Shown one piece after another: positions 1 through 9,661 of a DNA stretch of 64,000 nucleotides. The stretch's first letter is position 1, and each line of letters begins with the position of its first letter. The notes beneath the pieces were generated by a model that worked only from the letters and a program-made list of their open reading frames with translations, did no database searches and was not told where the DNA came from. Source of the DNA: Actinomycetota bacterium. GTDB taxonomy: Bacteria > Actinomycetota > Aquicultoria > UBA3085 > Oleimmundimicrobiaceae. The stretch covers positions 377-64,376 of the forward strand of contig JBBIRY010000001.1 of assembly GCA_037441605.1 (NCBI GenBank), read 5' to 3'. The position numbers were made by a program, and so were the translations under genes.

Positions 1-1348
1 AAGCGACAAAACCAAAATCCCCCGCGAAGGGGAAGGCCTCGCTCGCCCTGTGGAGCGTAGTCATCTCTTTGCGATCCGAATCGAAGGGGATCTCGGCTAC
101 TCTGCTCAATCTCTCTTCCAAAAGGCTCTTGTCGAGACCAAATTCCATAGCCGCTTTGAGAAGGGCCGCCTCCGTCGGTTCGCCGACGAGGTCGCCCCCG
201 GAGAGCCTGGCATCGTTGCAAAGGGAAGCCGCAACAAAAAGGGCCCTTAAGTCGTCGCTCACCCCTTCGGGCGAAGGTTGCCCAATGAGATTATCGAGCT
301 GAACGAGTCTGTTCGAAATATAGATGGGCCTTACGGTCATCTTGTTAAGCGTCAAGGTGCCGGTTTTGTCGGTGCAGATAACCGAGGTTGATCCAAGAGT
401 CTCGACCGCGTGGAGCCTGCGGATGAGGGCATTATTTTTGGCCATGCTCTGAACGCCGAGAGCCAAGGAGACCGTCACGATGGCCGGTAGCCCCTCTGGG
501 ATAGCGGCCACGGCCAGGCTGACCGCCGTCAGGAACATTATAGAGAGGTCCTTGCCCCCCCAGGCTCCAACGCCAAAGACTATGGCGCATATCAATAGAC
601 AGATAAGGGCGATCGTCTTGCCGACCTTCTTCAACTCCACCTGGAGCGGGGTCTTCTCGTCTGAGGCCATGATCGACTCGGCTATCTTGCCCATCTCGGT
701 CAAGCGACCCGTCGCAGTGACGACTGCCTTGGCCCGTCCGCTCTTGACCGATGTCCCCATGTAGAGCATATTTCTTCTGTTCCCAAGGGCCAGCGATTCA
801 TCGCTCAGACCCTCGGCCGTTTTGGCTTCGGGCAGAGACTCCCCTGTGAGCGAGGCTTCATCAATGTAGAAGACGGCGCAATCGATTATTCGTCCGTCTG
901 CCGGTACCGAATCGCCCGCTTCCAGGAGAATTATATCTCCGACCACGATATCTTCGGCGGCAATCACGCTCTCTTTGCCGCCCCGGATCACCCTCGCCGT
1001 CGGAGCGGTCATCTTCTTTAAGGCCTCCATCGCCTTCTCGGCCCTGTACTCCTGGACGAAACCGAGCGTCGCATTCAAAAAAAGGATTACGAAGATGGCT
1101 ATGGCATCGACCATCTCTTTCAGAAACAAGCCGGCTATTACGGCCGCCGCAATGAGGACCCATATCATGAAGTCATTGAATTGCGATAGAAAGAGAGAGA
1201 CCGGCGATATGATCTCGGCTTCAGCGAACTTGTTAGGGCCTTGCTCGGAAAGCCGCCTCTTTGCCTCGCCGGTCGAAAGGCCCACCATGCTCGAAGTCTT
1301 AAGCAAGGTAATTGCATCGCCTCCCTCTTTTGTGTGCCAAACATTCAT
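1..1348 (-). CDS. Cation-transporting P-type ATPase (P2-type, Ca2+-ATPase-like). N-terminal about 449 aa; the C-terminus runs off the window start.
   Basis: The reverse-strand translation begins MNVWHTKEGGDAITLLKTSSMVGLSTGEAKRRLSEQGPN. Downstream it contains DEASLTGES and the phosphorylation motif ICTDKTGTLT. The ORF is absent from the track because it has no stop inside the window. Confidence 0.85.
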   Translation of the reverse strand, partial: MNVWHTKEGGDAITLLKTSSMVGLSTGEAKRRLSEQGPNKFAEAEIISPVSLFLSQFNDFMIWVLIAAAVIAGLFLKEMVDAIAIFVILFLNATLGFVQEYRAEKAMEALKKMTAPTARVIRGGKESVIAAEDIVVGDIILLEAGDSVPADGRIIDCAVFYIDEASLTGESLPEAKTAEGLSDESLALGNRRNMLYMGTSVKSGRAKAVVTATGRLTEMGKIAESIMASDEKTPLQVELKKVGKTIALICLLICAIVFGVGAWGGKDLSIMFLTAVSLAVAAIPEGLPAIVTVSLALGVQSMAKNNALIRRLHAVETLGSTSVICTDKTGTLTLNKMTVRPIYISNRLVQLDNLIGQPSPEGVSDDLRALFVAASLCNDARLSGGDLVGEPTEAALLKAAMEFGLDKSLLEERLSRVAEIPFDSDRKEMTTLHRASEAFPFAGDFGFVA

Positions 1349-1563
1349 GTTGCTCAAATCGCCACCTTCTAGTAAATTATCCTTGCGGGTTAATTTGCTC
1401 AAATTGCTATTAAAACAGAAATAGAATATCAGAAGAGTCCTTTGTGTAAAGCGGGTGCGGCTTATTTTCGACAACTTGATTGAGACGTCCTTGCATGGCA
1501 AGTGGGCACGATTTGTTCCTTTACGATAGAATGTTGTCTGAACACTAAATCAAAGGAGGATGT

Positions 1564-2667
1564 ATGGGAGACAGGATTACACTAAGTGTCATCAAGGCCG
1601 ACGTGGGTGGATATGTCGGCCACTCTTCAGTTCACGAAGATCTGCTAGCTGAATCCGCTGGCGAACTGGAAAAAGCCAAGAAGGCGGGACTTCTGATAGA
1701 TGTCCATTGCGGCCACGTTGGCGACGACATAGCTCTGATCATGACTCACGATCATGGGACCGACAACGAAAGGATCCACAAGTTCGCTTGGGAAACCTTT
1801 GAGAAGACAACCGAAGTGGCCAAGAAGCTCAAACAATACGGAGCCGGTCAAGACCTATTGTCGGACGCCTTCTCGGGAAACCTGAAGGGCATGGGTCCCG
1901 GCTACGCCGAGATGGAGTTCGAAGAGAGGAAGAGCGAGCCCATTCTGATCTTCTTAGCCGACAAAACAGAGCCGGGCGCCTGGAATCTGCCCCTCTATAA
2001 GATGTTCGCCGATCCCTTCAACACCATTGGCCTGGTCATCGATCCCAACATGCACGACGGCTTCAACTTTGAGGTCGTCGACATGATGGAACACAAGAAG
2101 GTAATATTCTCCTGTCCCGAGGAGCTATACAACATGCTCATCTTCATCGGAGCTCCTTCCAGGTTCGCCATCAAACACGTCTATCGCAAGAGCGATAATG
2201 AGGTCGCAGCCGTCACTTCCACCCAAAGGCTCAATCTTATGGCCGGCCGTTACGTCGGCAAGGACGACCCGGTCATGATAGTCCGCTCCCAAAGCGGCAT
2301 GCCGGCGGTCGGCGAGGCAGTCGAGCCCTTCGCCTTTCCCCACACCGTGGCCGGTTGGATGCGCGGCTCTCACCACGGTCCCCTCATGCCCGTCTCGGTC
2401 AAAGAGGCCAATCCGACCAGGTTCGACGGTCCGCCAAGAGTCGTCTCCTTGGGCTTTCAAATCTCTGGCGGCAAACTGGTTGGTCCGCGCGATATGTTCG
2501 ACGATCCAAGCTATGACAATGCCAGGCAGAAGGCCTTGGATGTGGCGGATTACCTCCGCGCCCACGGTCCGTTCGAGCCCCATCGCCTCCCCTTGGACGA
2601 GATGGAGTATACGACGATGCCAGTGGTCATGGAGAAACTCAAAGACAGGTTCGTTCCGGGAGAGTAA
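1564..2667 (+). CDS. fbp: Bifunctional fructose-1,6-bisphosphate aldolase/phosphatase (archaeal-type FBPase class V)
   Basis: The N-terminus MGDRITLSVIKADVGGYVGHSSVHEDLL matches the FBP aldolase/phosphatase family. A strong RBS (AAAGGAGG) sits 6 nt upstream of the ATG. Length is 367 aa. Confidence 0.85.
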   Translation: MGDRITLSVIKADVGGYVGHSSVHEDLLAESAGELEKAKKAGLLIDVHCGHVGDDIALIMTHDHGTDNERIHKFAWETFEKTTEVAKKLKQYGAGQDLLSDAFSGNLKGMGPGYAEMEFEERKSEPILIFLADKTEPGAWNLPLYKMFADPFNTIGLVIDPNMHDGFNFEVVDMMEHKKVIFSCPEELYNMLIFIGAPSRFAIKHVYRKSDNEVAAVTSTQRLNLMAGRYVGKDDPVMIVRSQSGMPAVGEAVEPFAFPHTVAGWMRGSHHGPLMPVSVKEANPTRFDGPPRVVSLGFQISGGKLVGPRDMFDDPSYDNARQKALDVADYLRAHGPFEPHRLPLDEMEYTTMPVVMEKLKDRFVPGE

Positions 2668-2696
2668 TTTTGATAGAAAGCCGACAATATTCTGGA

Positions 2697-2717
2697 GGCG
2701 ACCCATTATGGGTCGCC
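2697..2717 (+). terminator. Perfect 9-bp stem hairpin (GGCGACCCA-TTA-TGGGTCGCC) just after fbp. There is no U-tract, so it is a weak terminator or stabilising stem-loop.
   Basis: The inverted repeat can be read directly in the sequence. Confidence 0.35.
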
Positions 2718-2748
2718 CCCACGACCAACCCGAGGAGGAAGTTTTCGC

Positions 2749-3612
2749 TTGAAAAGGTATGTAAGGTACTTTCTTCCGAAGGCAACCCGTAATTTTTCTT
2801 TGATCATCATCGGCATAATGGTCTTAAATGGCTTTCCGCTTGGAAGCCAACTCATTGAGCTTGGCAAAGAAAGCCAGGGCCTCATGCTCGCCCTCCTTAC
2901 CCTTTACCTTTTTTTAGCCGCTTTAACCTCATATGTAGAATATCACGGCATCGGTCCCCAAGACGGTGTCTTTCGGCACGGGCCAAGTGCCCCGGTCGTC
3001 TCACTCACCTTCGATGACGGGCCCAGTCCCAGCAATACCCCGCAAATTTTGGATATCTTAAAGGAGAAGGGGGTCAAGGCGACCTTCTTTTTGACCGGCA
3101 GCTACGTCGAGCTTTATCCCAAGATAGCCAAAAGGATAGCCGACGAGGGTCATGAGATAGGCAACCACACCTACACCCACCTCTCCATGTACTTCGCCAA
3201 AGACAAAGCCGTAATGGACGAGATCGAGCGGACCGATGAGGCCATCTTTAAGGCAACCGGGCTAAGGCCCAAAATCTTCAGGCCTCCACGCGGCTTTACT
3301 AGAACCAAAACAAGAAGAAGTTTAATCGACAGAGGATATCAAGTTGTGCTCTGGTCTTTGAGCTCTCTTGATTGGAGGGGAGTAAAGCCCAAGGCGATTC
3401 TGTGGCGGATCAAACTCTTCGTGCGAGGCGGGGCCATAGTCCTCTTTCATGACAACGGCTCCTTCATCGGGTGCAAGCCCAAAAAGAGGGAGAACACGAT
3501 AAGGGCTCTACCCGAGGCGATCGACTTCCTGTTTGCCGAAGGCTACCAACTCATCAAGGTATCAGAAATGCTGGGCCTCTTCGAAGAGGCGGCCCTGTTG
3601 CCTGAGGCTTAA
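2749..3612 (+). CDS. Polysaccharide deacetylase (CE4 / NodB-homology domain), membrane-anchored
   Basis: It contains VSLTFDDGPSPSNTPQILDILKEKGVKATFFLTGSY and HEIGNHTYTH, which are CE4 motifs. There is an N-terminal hydrophobic segment. The start is TTG, with a GAGGAGG 10 nt upstream. Confidence 0.8.
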   Translation: MKRYVRYFLPKATRNFSLIIIGIMVLNGFPLGSQLIELGKESQGLMLALLTLYLFLAALTSYVEYHGIGPQDGVFRHGPSAPVVSLTFDDGPSPSNTPQILDILKEKGVKATFFLTGSYVELYPKIAKRIADEGHEIGNHTYTHLSMYFAKDKAVMDEIERTDEAIFKATGLRPKIFRPPRGFTRTKTRRSLIDRGYQVVLWSLSSLDWRGVKPKAILWRIKLFVRGGAIVLFHDNGSFIGCKPKKRENTIRALPEAIDFLFAEGYQLIKVSEMLGLFEEAALLPEA

Positions 3613-3656
3613 AATCCCAAAAGCTCAACCGGTTTTTTGAAAAACGAGGGGATCTT

Positions 3657-4826
3657 TTGGCCACCATTCTTATCGCCCCAGACAAGTTCAAAAGATCGCT
3701 TTCCGCACATGAGGTCGCCCTATCTTTAAGGGAGGGCATCTTAAAGGCGAGGCCGAGCTGGAAGGTCATCCCATGCCCACTTGCTGACGGCGGCGAGGGG
3801 ACAGCCGAGGTGCTTGCCAAAAGCCTAAAGGGACAAATGATCGAGGTCAAAGTCAAAGGCCCCTTGATGGCCGAGACGGCCGCCTCTTTCGCCCTAATCG
3901 AAGCCGATCCAAGTCAAGGCGGAGTCAAGACCGCAATAGTTGAGATGGCCAGCGCATCCGGACTCTCCCTGCTGTCAAAAGAGAGGCGAAACCCTCTCCA
4001 CACAACGACTTTTGGCAGCGGCGAGCTAATCCTTTCCGCCCTTGAAGAGGGGGCAAAAAGGGTCATCATCGCCATCGGCGGGAGCGCAACCAACGACGGC
4101 GGCATGGGCATGGCGCAAGCCCTTGGGGCCAGATTCTTCGACAAAGACGGCTTTGAGCTCGGAATTGGTACCGGTGCCCTTCTTGAAAGGGTTCACAGCA
4201 TAGATATCACGGGTCTTTCTCCTAAAATAGAGGGGGTCGATTTTCTGATCGCCTCAGATGTCAAAAATCCTCTCTTCGGACCAGAAGGGGCCGCCTTCAC
4301 CTACGCTCCCCAAAAAGGGGCAAGTCTCGAAGAGGCCGAAAGGCTCGATTTGGGTTTGAGAAATTTTGCCAAGGCGATTGAGAGAGAGCTGGGCAGAAAG
4401 GTTGCCGATGAGCCCGGAGCAGGAGCGGCCGGGGGACTTGGAGCCGGTTTGATAGCCTTCCTTGGGGCCAAAATGAGACTTGGAATCGACCTTGTCATCG
4501 AGGCCGCCGGCCTTATGGGTCTCATCGATCAGGCCGATCTGGTCATAACCGGCGAAGGCAAACTCGATCGCCAGACCCTCTTTGGCAAAGTTCCGATCGG
4601 CATTTTAAATCTTGCCAAAGAGAGGGGCAAGCCATGCGTCATCGTGGCCGGCATGATCGAAGGCGATATCGACAGAAGGCTGACGGAGGAGGGGGCGATT
4701 GCGGTCTACTCGCTTCTGGAGAGAGCCGGCGGCAGCGAAGAGGAGTCGATGGAGGGGGCGGCCGCCCTCCTTGAAGAGATCGGTCAAGAGATAGCCAAAA
4801 AGCAATCCACGACCGAAGCGGTTTGA
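3657..4826 (+). CDS. glxK: Glycerate kinase (GlxK/GarK family)
   Basis: The protein begins ILIAPDKFKRSLSAHEVALSLREG..PCPLADGGEGT, the typical glycerate kinase N-terminus. The start is TTG and the length is 389 aa. Confidence 0.85.
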   Translation: MATILIAPDKFKRSLSAHEVALSLREGILKARPSWKVIPCPLADGGEGTAEVLAKSLKGQMIEVKVKGPLMAETAASFALIEADPSQGGVKTAIVEMASASGLSLLSKERRNPLHTTTFGSGELILSALEEGAKRVIIAIGGSATNDGGMGMAQALGARFFDKDGFELGIGTGALLERVHSIDITGLSPKIEGVDFLIASDVKNPLFGPEGAAFTYAPQKGASLEEAERLDLGLRNFAKAIERELGRKVADEPGAGAAGGLGAGLIAFLGAKMRLGIDLVIEAAGLMGLIDQADLVITGEGKLDRQTLFGKVPIGILNLAKERGKPCVIVAGMIEGDIDRRLTEEGAIAVYSLLERAGGSEEESMEGAAALLEEIGQEIAKKQSTTEAV

Positions 4827-5005
4827 AGAGCCCCCCGCTTTATGCTAAACTCTTTTTAGCCATACCATACCCTTTCTTAATGGAAGGAGGTGATTTGATT
4901 GTTTGACATGAGAATGCACCGTTGGTACTGCTGCAAAGCGGAAGGCGGCTGTCCATGACGACGCCAAAGAGATACATCATTCCATCGAGCCTAAGGGCTC
5001 ATGCT

Positions 5006-5038
5006 AAAGGGAGGGCAGAGCCCTCCCTTTAGGTTTTC
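5006..5038 (+). terminator. Rho-independent terminator with an 11-bp stem (AAAGGGAGGGC-AGA-GCCCTCCCTTT) followed by TTTT
   Basis: The inverted repeat plus T-tract lies in the convergent intergenic region between glxK and the HAD gene. Confidence 0.6.
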
Positions 5039-5057
5039 ATCTTAAGCTCAAGAAGCC

Positions 5058-5978
5058 CTATCGGCAGACAAGCCTTACCGCTTCCGCAAAACCCTCGCCC
5101 ATCTCCCCACGGGTTACGAAGACGTTATCGTATTTAAGCACCTCTTTTTCAAGCTCAGCGTTCTCTCTGGAGTTTAAGGCGTTCCTTACGAGAAAGAAAG
5201 CTCCGACATGCTCGGCCATGGCAATATCCGAGACGGCGTCGCCGATCGCAACGGCCGAAGTTCTATCCATTCCCCTAATCTCCATATCCCTTGCCACCCC
5301 GCTCGCCTTCGAGGTCGCCTTGGGCATCAAGTGGTAGGCATGGATCTCTTCAAGGGATTCGTCGAGCGACCCTCTCCGGCCTATTACTCCGTTATCGATG
5401 ATCTTGAGGTCTTCATAGCCCTCCTCTTTAAGCAGGGACCCGGCTTCGTCTGTGTCGATAAGCCCCCTAAAGACGTGAGTGCAGTTTCTCCCTTTGGACC
5501 AAGGGGTATGATATTCGAGCCGCCCATTGTAATGACCAAAGAGAAGCTCTATGGCGCCGGAGGCGGCTATGGTCTCATAAAGGCTTGCTCCCACCTCTTT
5601 GGCATTTGGGTAATTCTCGACGATCTCATCCCCGCAGCCGTAGACTATCTCGCAGCCCATCTCGGCGATGTAATTGCTAAGACCCATAAGGCGGGCGTCT
5701 CCAAAGAGCTGGCGGGCGCTTCTGCCCGAGACCATGACGATGTCGACCCCCTTCTCTTTTGCCAAAATGATGGCCTCGGCTGCAGCTAAAGTATGACCGC
5801 CGCCGGGTGTGGCAAAGAGAGAACCCCTCGGCCCAACCAAGGTCCCATCGACATCCGTATAGACCACTTTGACATCGCCCACCAAGTCTCTGATGAGATC
5901 GATATTATTTTTAAGACTCCTTCTTTCCAAAAGTTCATCCAAAAATCTCGGCTCCCCTTTCACTCCTTGAGCGATCAT
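5058..5978 (-). CDS. HAD-superfamily hydrolase (subfamily IIB-like phosphatase). The start is uncertain.
   Basis: A DxDGT motif (YTDVDGTLVG) is present, with GDAVSDIAMAEHVG near the C-terminus. Motif I lies about 45 aa from the annotated N-terminus, so the true start may be an internal GTG or TTG. Confidence 0.7.
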   Translation of the reverse strand: MIAQGVKGEPRFLDELLERRSLKNNIDLIRDLVGDVKVVYTDVDGTLVGPRGSLFATPGGGHTLAAAEAIILAKEKGVDIVMVSGRSARQLFGDARLMGLSNYIAEMGCEIVYGCGDEIVENYPNAKEVGASLYETIAASGAIELLFGHYNGRLEYHTPWSKGRNCTHVFRGLIDTDEAGSLLKEEGYEDLKIIDNGVIGRRGSLDESLEEIHAYHLMPKATSKASGVARDMEIRGMDRTSAVAIGDAVSDIAMAEHVGAFFLVRNALNSRENAELEKEVLKYDNVFVTRGEMGEGFAEAVRLVCR

Positions 5979-6027
5979 TCTTCATAGCTTAGCATAGTAT
6001 TGTTAAAGAGTTTAGAAAGGGGAGCCG

Positions 6028-6534
6028 ATGAAGGTACTGATGGTAGTCGCCAAGAATAATTTCAGAGATGAAGAGTATCTTGAGCCGAGGCGAATCTTAG
6101 AAGAAGCGCAGATCAAGGTTCTGGTCGCCTCCTCATCGAAGGGGCAGGCGGTTTCGATGCGAGGACTAAAGGTTTCTGTCGACCTTGATCTATCACAGGC
6201 CAACGCCGAAGGCTTCGATGGCATCATCTTTGTGGGCGGAGGAGGAGCGAGGGAGTTCTTCGAAGATAAGGCCGCCTTGAGCCTGGCCAGAGCTTTCTTT
6301 GGAGGCGGAAAGGTCACCGCCGCCATCTGTATCGCTCCGGTGATCCTGGCCAACGCCGGACTCCTTAAAGGCAAAGGGGCAACCGTCTTCGGCTCGGTGA
6401 GGGGAGAGCTTGCGGCCAAAGGGGCGATTCTCCTCGATGATGATGTGGTCACCGAGGGAAGGCTCATCACGGCGGACGGACCGGCCGCTGCGACCAAGTT
6501 CGCTCAAGCTATAGTCAAAGCGCTTCGAGGTTGA
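6028..6534 (+). CDS. DJ-1/PfpI family protein
   Basis: MKVLMVVAKNNFRDEEYLEPRRILEEAQIKVLVAS.. and AAICIAPVILANAGLLKGKGAT fit the DJ-1/PfpI pattern. Length is 168 aa. Confidence 0.8.
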   Translation: MKVLMVVAKNNFRDEEYLEPRRILEEAQIKVLVASSSKGQAVSMRGLKVSVDLDLSQANAEGFDGIIFVGGGGAREFFEDKAALSLARAFFGGGKVTAAICIAPVILANAGLLKGKGATVFGSVRGELAAKGAILLDDDVVTEGRLITADGPAAATKFAQAIVKALRG

Positions 6535-6552
6535 AAGGCGGAAGAGCAGGTC

Positions 6553-6628
6553 TGGTGCCCCCGGCAGGAATCGAACCTGCGACACAAGGTTTAGGAAACC
6601 TTTGCTCTATCCCCTGAGCTACGGAGGC
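6553..6628 (-). tRNA. tRNA-Arg (anticodon CCT)
   Basis: The reverse complement folds as a cloverleaf. The acceptor is GCCTCCG/CGGGGGC with one G-U pair. The D-arm is GCTC-AGGGGATA-GAGC. The anticodon arm is AAGGT-TTCCTAA-ACCTT. The T-arm is GCAGG-TTCGATT-CCTGC. A CCA end is encoded. Confidence 0.85.
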
Positions 6629-6663
6629 CCAAAATGGAATTATAGAGCCGTGGCCGACCTCGG

Positions 6664-7614
6664 TCAACCTCTTCTTCTCAAGGCCATCCCGATCAGGCGC
6701 TCAACCAAATCGCCATAGTCGATTCCCGCTGCGGCCGCCGCCATGGGCAAAAGGCTGGTTTCGGTCATGCCCGGTCCGGTGTTGAGCTCAAGGACCATCG
6801 GACCATCCTTTTCCGAAAGGATCATGTCGATTCTGGATACATCACGGCAGAGCAAGGTCTTATGAACCTTAACCGCAAGCTCTTGAATGGTCTTTGTCTC
6901 CGCCTCGCTCAGGCGGGCCGGAACGAAGTATTTGGTCTCACCCATAGAGTACATCGCCTCAAAATCGAAGAAATCCTTCTCCGTCACGATCTCGACGATC
7001 GGCAGAGCTTTTGGCTCCCCATCCTCTTCCAGAATGCTGACCGCAATCTCCTTGCCCAAAATGTACTTTTCCACCAAGACCTTCTTGTCGTAGCTTAAGG
7101 CTCCGAGCAAGGCTTCAGCCAGTTCCTGGCGCTCTTTGACGTATTTGATACCGAGGGCCGAGCCCTGTCTGGCCGGCTTGACGATCAAGGGCAGACCTAT
7201 CTTCTTTATCACCTCGGCCAGAGCTCCAGAAGCGCCCATCTCTTTGAAGGCGCCTTCGCTCAAGGAGACGAACGGGGCCGTTGGTATCGATGCTATCTGG
7301 AAGATCTCTTTGGAGATGGCCTTATCAAAACCGATGATGCTGGAGTAGACACCCGGCCCCGTGTAGGGAATATCGAGTATCTCCAGAAGCTCTTGGACCG
7401 TGCCATCCTCGCCATATTTGCCGTGAAGGGCGATGTAGACGACATCCGGCTTCTCTTGCTTGAGCAGATCGACAAGGTTCTCATTTACATCTATCTGGAC
7501 TATCGGATAGCCCTTCGTCTTCAGGGCCTCCGAGACCCTGTGACCGCTCTTGAGTGAGACCTCCCTTTCGAGCGAACGTCCGCCCATCAGGACGGCAACC
7601 TTAGGCTTAGCCAT
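6664..7614 (-). CDS. ddl: D-alanine--D-alanine ligase
   Basis: MAKPKVAVLMGGRSLEREVSLKSG...LHGKYGEDGTVQ is the typical Ddl sequence. The start was refined to the ATG preceded by GGAGGAG; the track ORF begins 8 codons upstream. Confidence 0.85.
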   Translation of the reverse strand: MAKPKVAVLMGGRSLEREVSLKSGHRVSEALKTKGYPIVQIDVNENLVDLLKQEKPDVVYIALHGKYGEDGTVQELLEILDIPYTGPGVYSSIIGFDKAISKEIFQIASIPTAPFVSLSEGAFKEMGASGALAEVIKKIGLPLIVKPARQGSALGIKYVKERQELAEALLGALSYDKKVLVEKYILGKEIAVSILEEDGEPKALPIVEIVTEKDFFDFEAMYSMGETKYFVPARLSEAETKTIQELAVKVHKTLLCRDVSRIDMILSEKDGPMVLELNTGPGMTETSLLPMAAAAAGIDYGDLVERLIGMALRRRG

Positions 7615-7638
7615 CTCTCCTCCTAAACTTTTGGTCAA

Positions 7639-8910
7639 TCATCGGTTCTTGTCGTCATCTATGTGCAGCTTCTTGGTGAAGGTTTCGTAGAATTTCATCT
7701 GTGATTCGATCAGCTTGCCTAGCCTTGCGATTCCCTCTCGGATGCTATCCCTGTGGGGATATGAGAAGTTCAGGCGCATAGAGTTTTTGCCGCTGCCATC
7801 GGTGAAGAAGGCTTCGCCCGGAACGTATGCCACCTTGGCCTGGTCGATCGATTCGGCCAGCATCTCCGAGGTATTCATATAGGACGGCAAGGTGACCCAG
7901 AGAAAGAGGCCGCCCATCGGTCGAGTCCACCTTGCCTCGGGCGGGAAGAATTCCTCCAAGGCGGCCAGCATAACATCCCGCCTCTCTTTATAGAGGTCGG
8001 TCTGGATCTTAAGATATTTTTGCCAAGGACAGGTGTTGAAGTACTCCTCGACCACCCGCTGGGAGAATGAGCTCGAACATAAATTGGCCGCCTGCTTGGC
8101 GAAGTTGAGCTTCTCTAAGATCGGCCGGGGCGCGGCGATCCAACCCAGGCGGACGCCCGGCGAGAATATCTTGGAGAAAGTGCTCATGTAGACGATCGAA
8201 TCATCCATCGATTTCATGGTGGCAATCGGGTTCCCGTCAAAACGGAGCTGGCCATAGGGGTTATCTTCGATCACCAAAAGAGAATGGTCGCTAGCGAGTT
8301 CAACTATCCTTTTTCTTCTCTCCAAAGAGAGGGTTACCCCGGCCGGGTTGTGGAAGGCCGGAACGAGGTACAGGAACTTGGGTCTCTTTCCCCCTTTTTT
8401 GAGGTCGCCGAGCAACCTTTCGAGCGGTTCTATCTGAATGCCGTCGTCATCTAAGGGAACGGAGAGAAAATTAGCCTGGTAGCTCGAGAAGGCTTGGATC
8501 GCTCCAACATAACTTGGTCCCTCGACGATAATATCATCTCCCGGATTTATCAGGATTTTTCCCAAGAAATCCAAAGCTTGCTGGCCGCCGTCGGTTATGA
8601 TGATCTCGTCCACGTCGACGGTCATGCCGTCATTCTTCATTAGGGAGACTATTCTTTCGCGCAGACCCAGGTGTCCATCGGACGAGCCGTACTGAAGGGC
8701 AGCTGCCCCCTCTCTCTCAAGAACTCTTCTTGTGGCTTCGGCGATGAGGTCCATCGGCAGGCTTCTTGTGTCGGGCATGCCGCCGGCAAAGGAGATTATG
8801 TCCGGACGAGAGGCAACAATAAAAAGGTCGCGGATGACCGAGGACTTTAAGGCCTGAGCCCGCGTAGAATATAAATCTTTCCATTTATCCAGCCGTATCT
8901 CCGGAGCCAT
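7639..8910 (-). CDS. PLP-dependent aminotransferase, class I/II (2-aminoadipate/aromatic aminotransferase-like)
   Basis: KSSVIRDLF..ISFAGGMPD and SFSKIFSPGVRLGW are fold-type I aminotransferase signatures. Length is 423 aa. It ends 24 nt upstream of ddl, so it is probably co-transcribed. Confidence 0.75.
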   Translation of the reverse strand: MAPEIRLDKWKDLYSTRAQALKSSVIRDLFIVASRPDIISFAGGMPDTRSLPMDLIAEATRRVLEREGAAALQYGSSDGHLGLRERIVSLMKNDGMTVDVDEIIITDGGQQALDFLGKILINPGDDIIVEGPSYVGAIQAFSSYQANFLSVPLDDDGIQIEPLERLLGDLKKGGKRPKFLYLVPAFHNPAGVTLSLERRKRIVELASDHSLLVIEDNPYGQLRFDGNPIATMKSMDDSIVYMSTFSKIFSPGVRLGWIAAPRPILEKLNFAKQAANLCSSSFSQRVVEEYFNTCPWQKYLKIQTDLYKERRDVMLAALEEFFPPEARWTRPMGGLFLWVTLPSYMNTSEMLAESIDQAKVAYVPGEAFFTDGSGKNSMRLNFSYPHRDSIREGIARLGKLIESQMKFYETFTKKLHIDDDKNR

Positions 8911-9138
8911 GAATACTCCAAATCACCAGATTAACCAAATCCAGCTAAAATTGAGCCCTCTAGCTTTGTAAATAAAAGTGAGCCAATCTTATACCAGCCT
9001 CTTTTTTGTGTCAAACTTGACCAGCTAATAAAGGGCGACCATATTGCGTAGCCAAAAAGAAACTACTGATTTGAAAATATCGGCTTACTTGTCTAAAATC
9101 GAAAATGTAGCCATTAAGCTTTACCAAAGGAGGATGAT

Positions 9139-9477
9139 ATGTCCAAAGAAAAAAGCTCTCCGGTAAAGACGCTTTTCGGGTTCTTGGCGGGCGTCATCTC
9201 GGGGGCAACCCTCGGGCTTCTTCTCGCTCCAAAGTCTGGCAAGGAGACCAGAGAGGAGCTTAAAACCAAAGGCGAAGAGCTCTTTGTGGTTAGCAAGGAG
9301 GACTTGGCCAAAAAGACCAAAGAACTCAAGATAAAGGTGGACGAGGTTACTAAGGACTTAGAAAAAGGGATCGAAAAGCTCAAACCGCACGAAAAGAAGG
9401 AAGCCGAACCGAAAGAGGGGGAAGGCGGCGAAAAGAAACAAGAGGCCAAACCCAAGAAAGGTTCTGCTAAAAAATAA
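9139..9477 (+). CDS. YtxH-like membrane-anchored protein with a Lys/Glu-rich coiled C-terminus
   Basis: The N-terminus FLAGVISGATLGLLLAPKSGKETREEL matches the YtxH/DUF948-type motif. An AAAGGAGG RBS is present. Confidence 0.65.
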   Translation: MSKEKSSPVKTLFGFLAGVISGATLGLLLAPKSGKETREELKTKGEELFVVSKEDLAKKTKELKIKVDEVTKDLEKGIEKLKPHEKKEAEPKEGEGGEKKQEAKPKKGSAKK

Positions 9478-9527
9478 GTCCTTCTCCAACAACTTTGTCT
9501 TTACCAGCGATGAAAAAGGATTGAGAG

Positions 9528-9603
<76 letters not shown>

Positions 9604-9661
9604 ACGAAAAGGATTATACAGCAAGCCTTTCCAAGTTGTTAAGTCTGGGCCAAAGGAGAGC

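Noticed and set aside
2125-2706. Long antisense or alternative-frame ORFs overlapping strong genes (e.g. 2125-2706, 5208-5789, 6012-6497, 19684-20280, 20692-21135, 25659-26186, 48546-49481, 53473-53928, 60234-60927, 975-1424)
   Set aside because: These are shadow ORFs typical of GC-rich DNA. Each overlaps a gene with clear homology on the other strand or frame, and none has an RBS.
4908-4958. A 16-codon Cys-rich mini-ORF (MRMHRWYCCKAEGGCP) downstream of a GGAGGTGA in the glxK-HAD convergent spacer
   Set aside because: The RBS-to-ATG spacing is about 15 nt, which is too long. The sequence lies in a convergent terminator region, with no supporting context.
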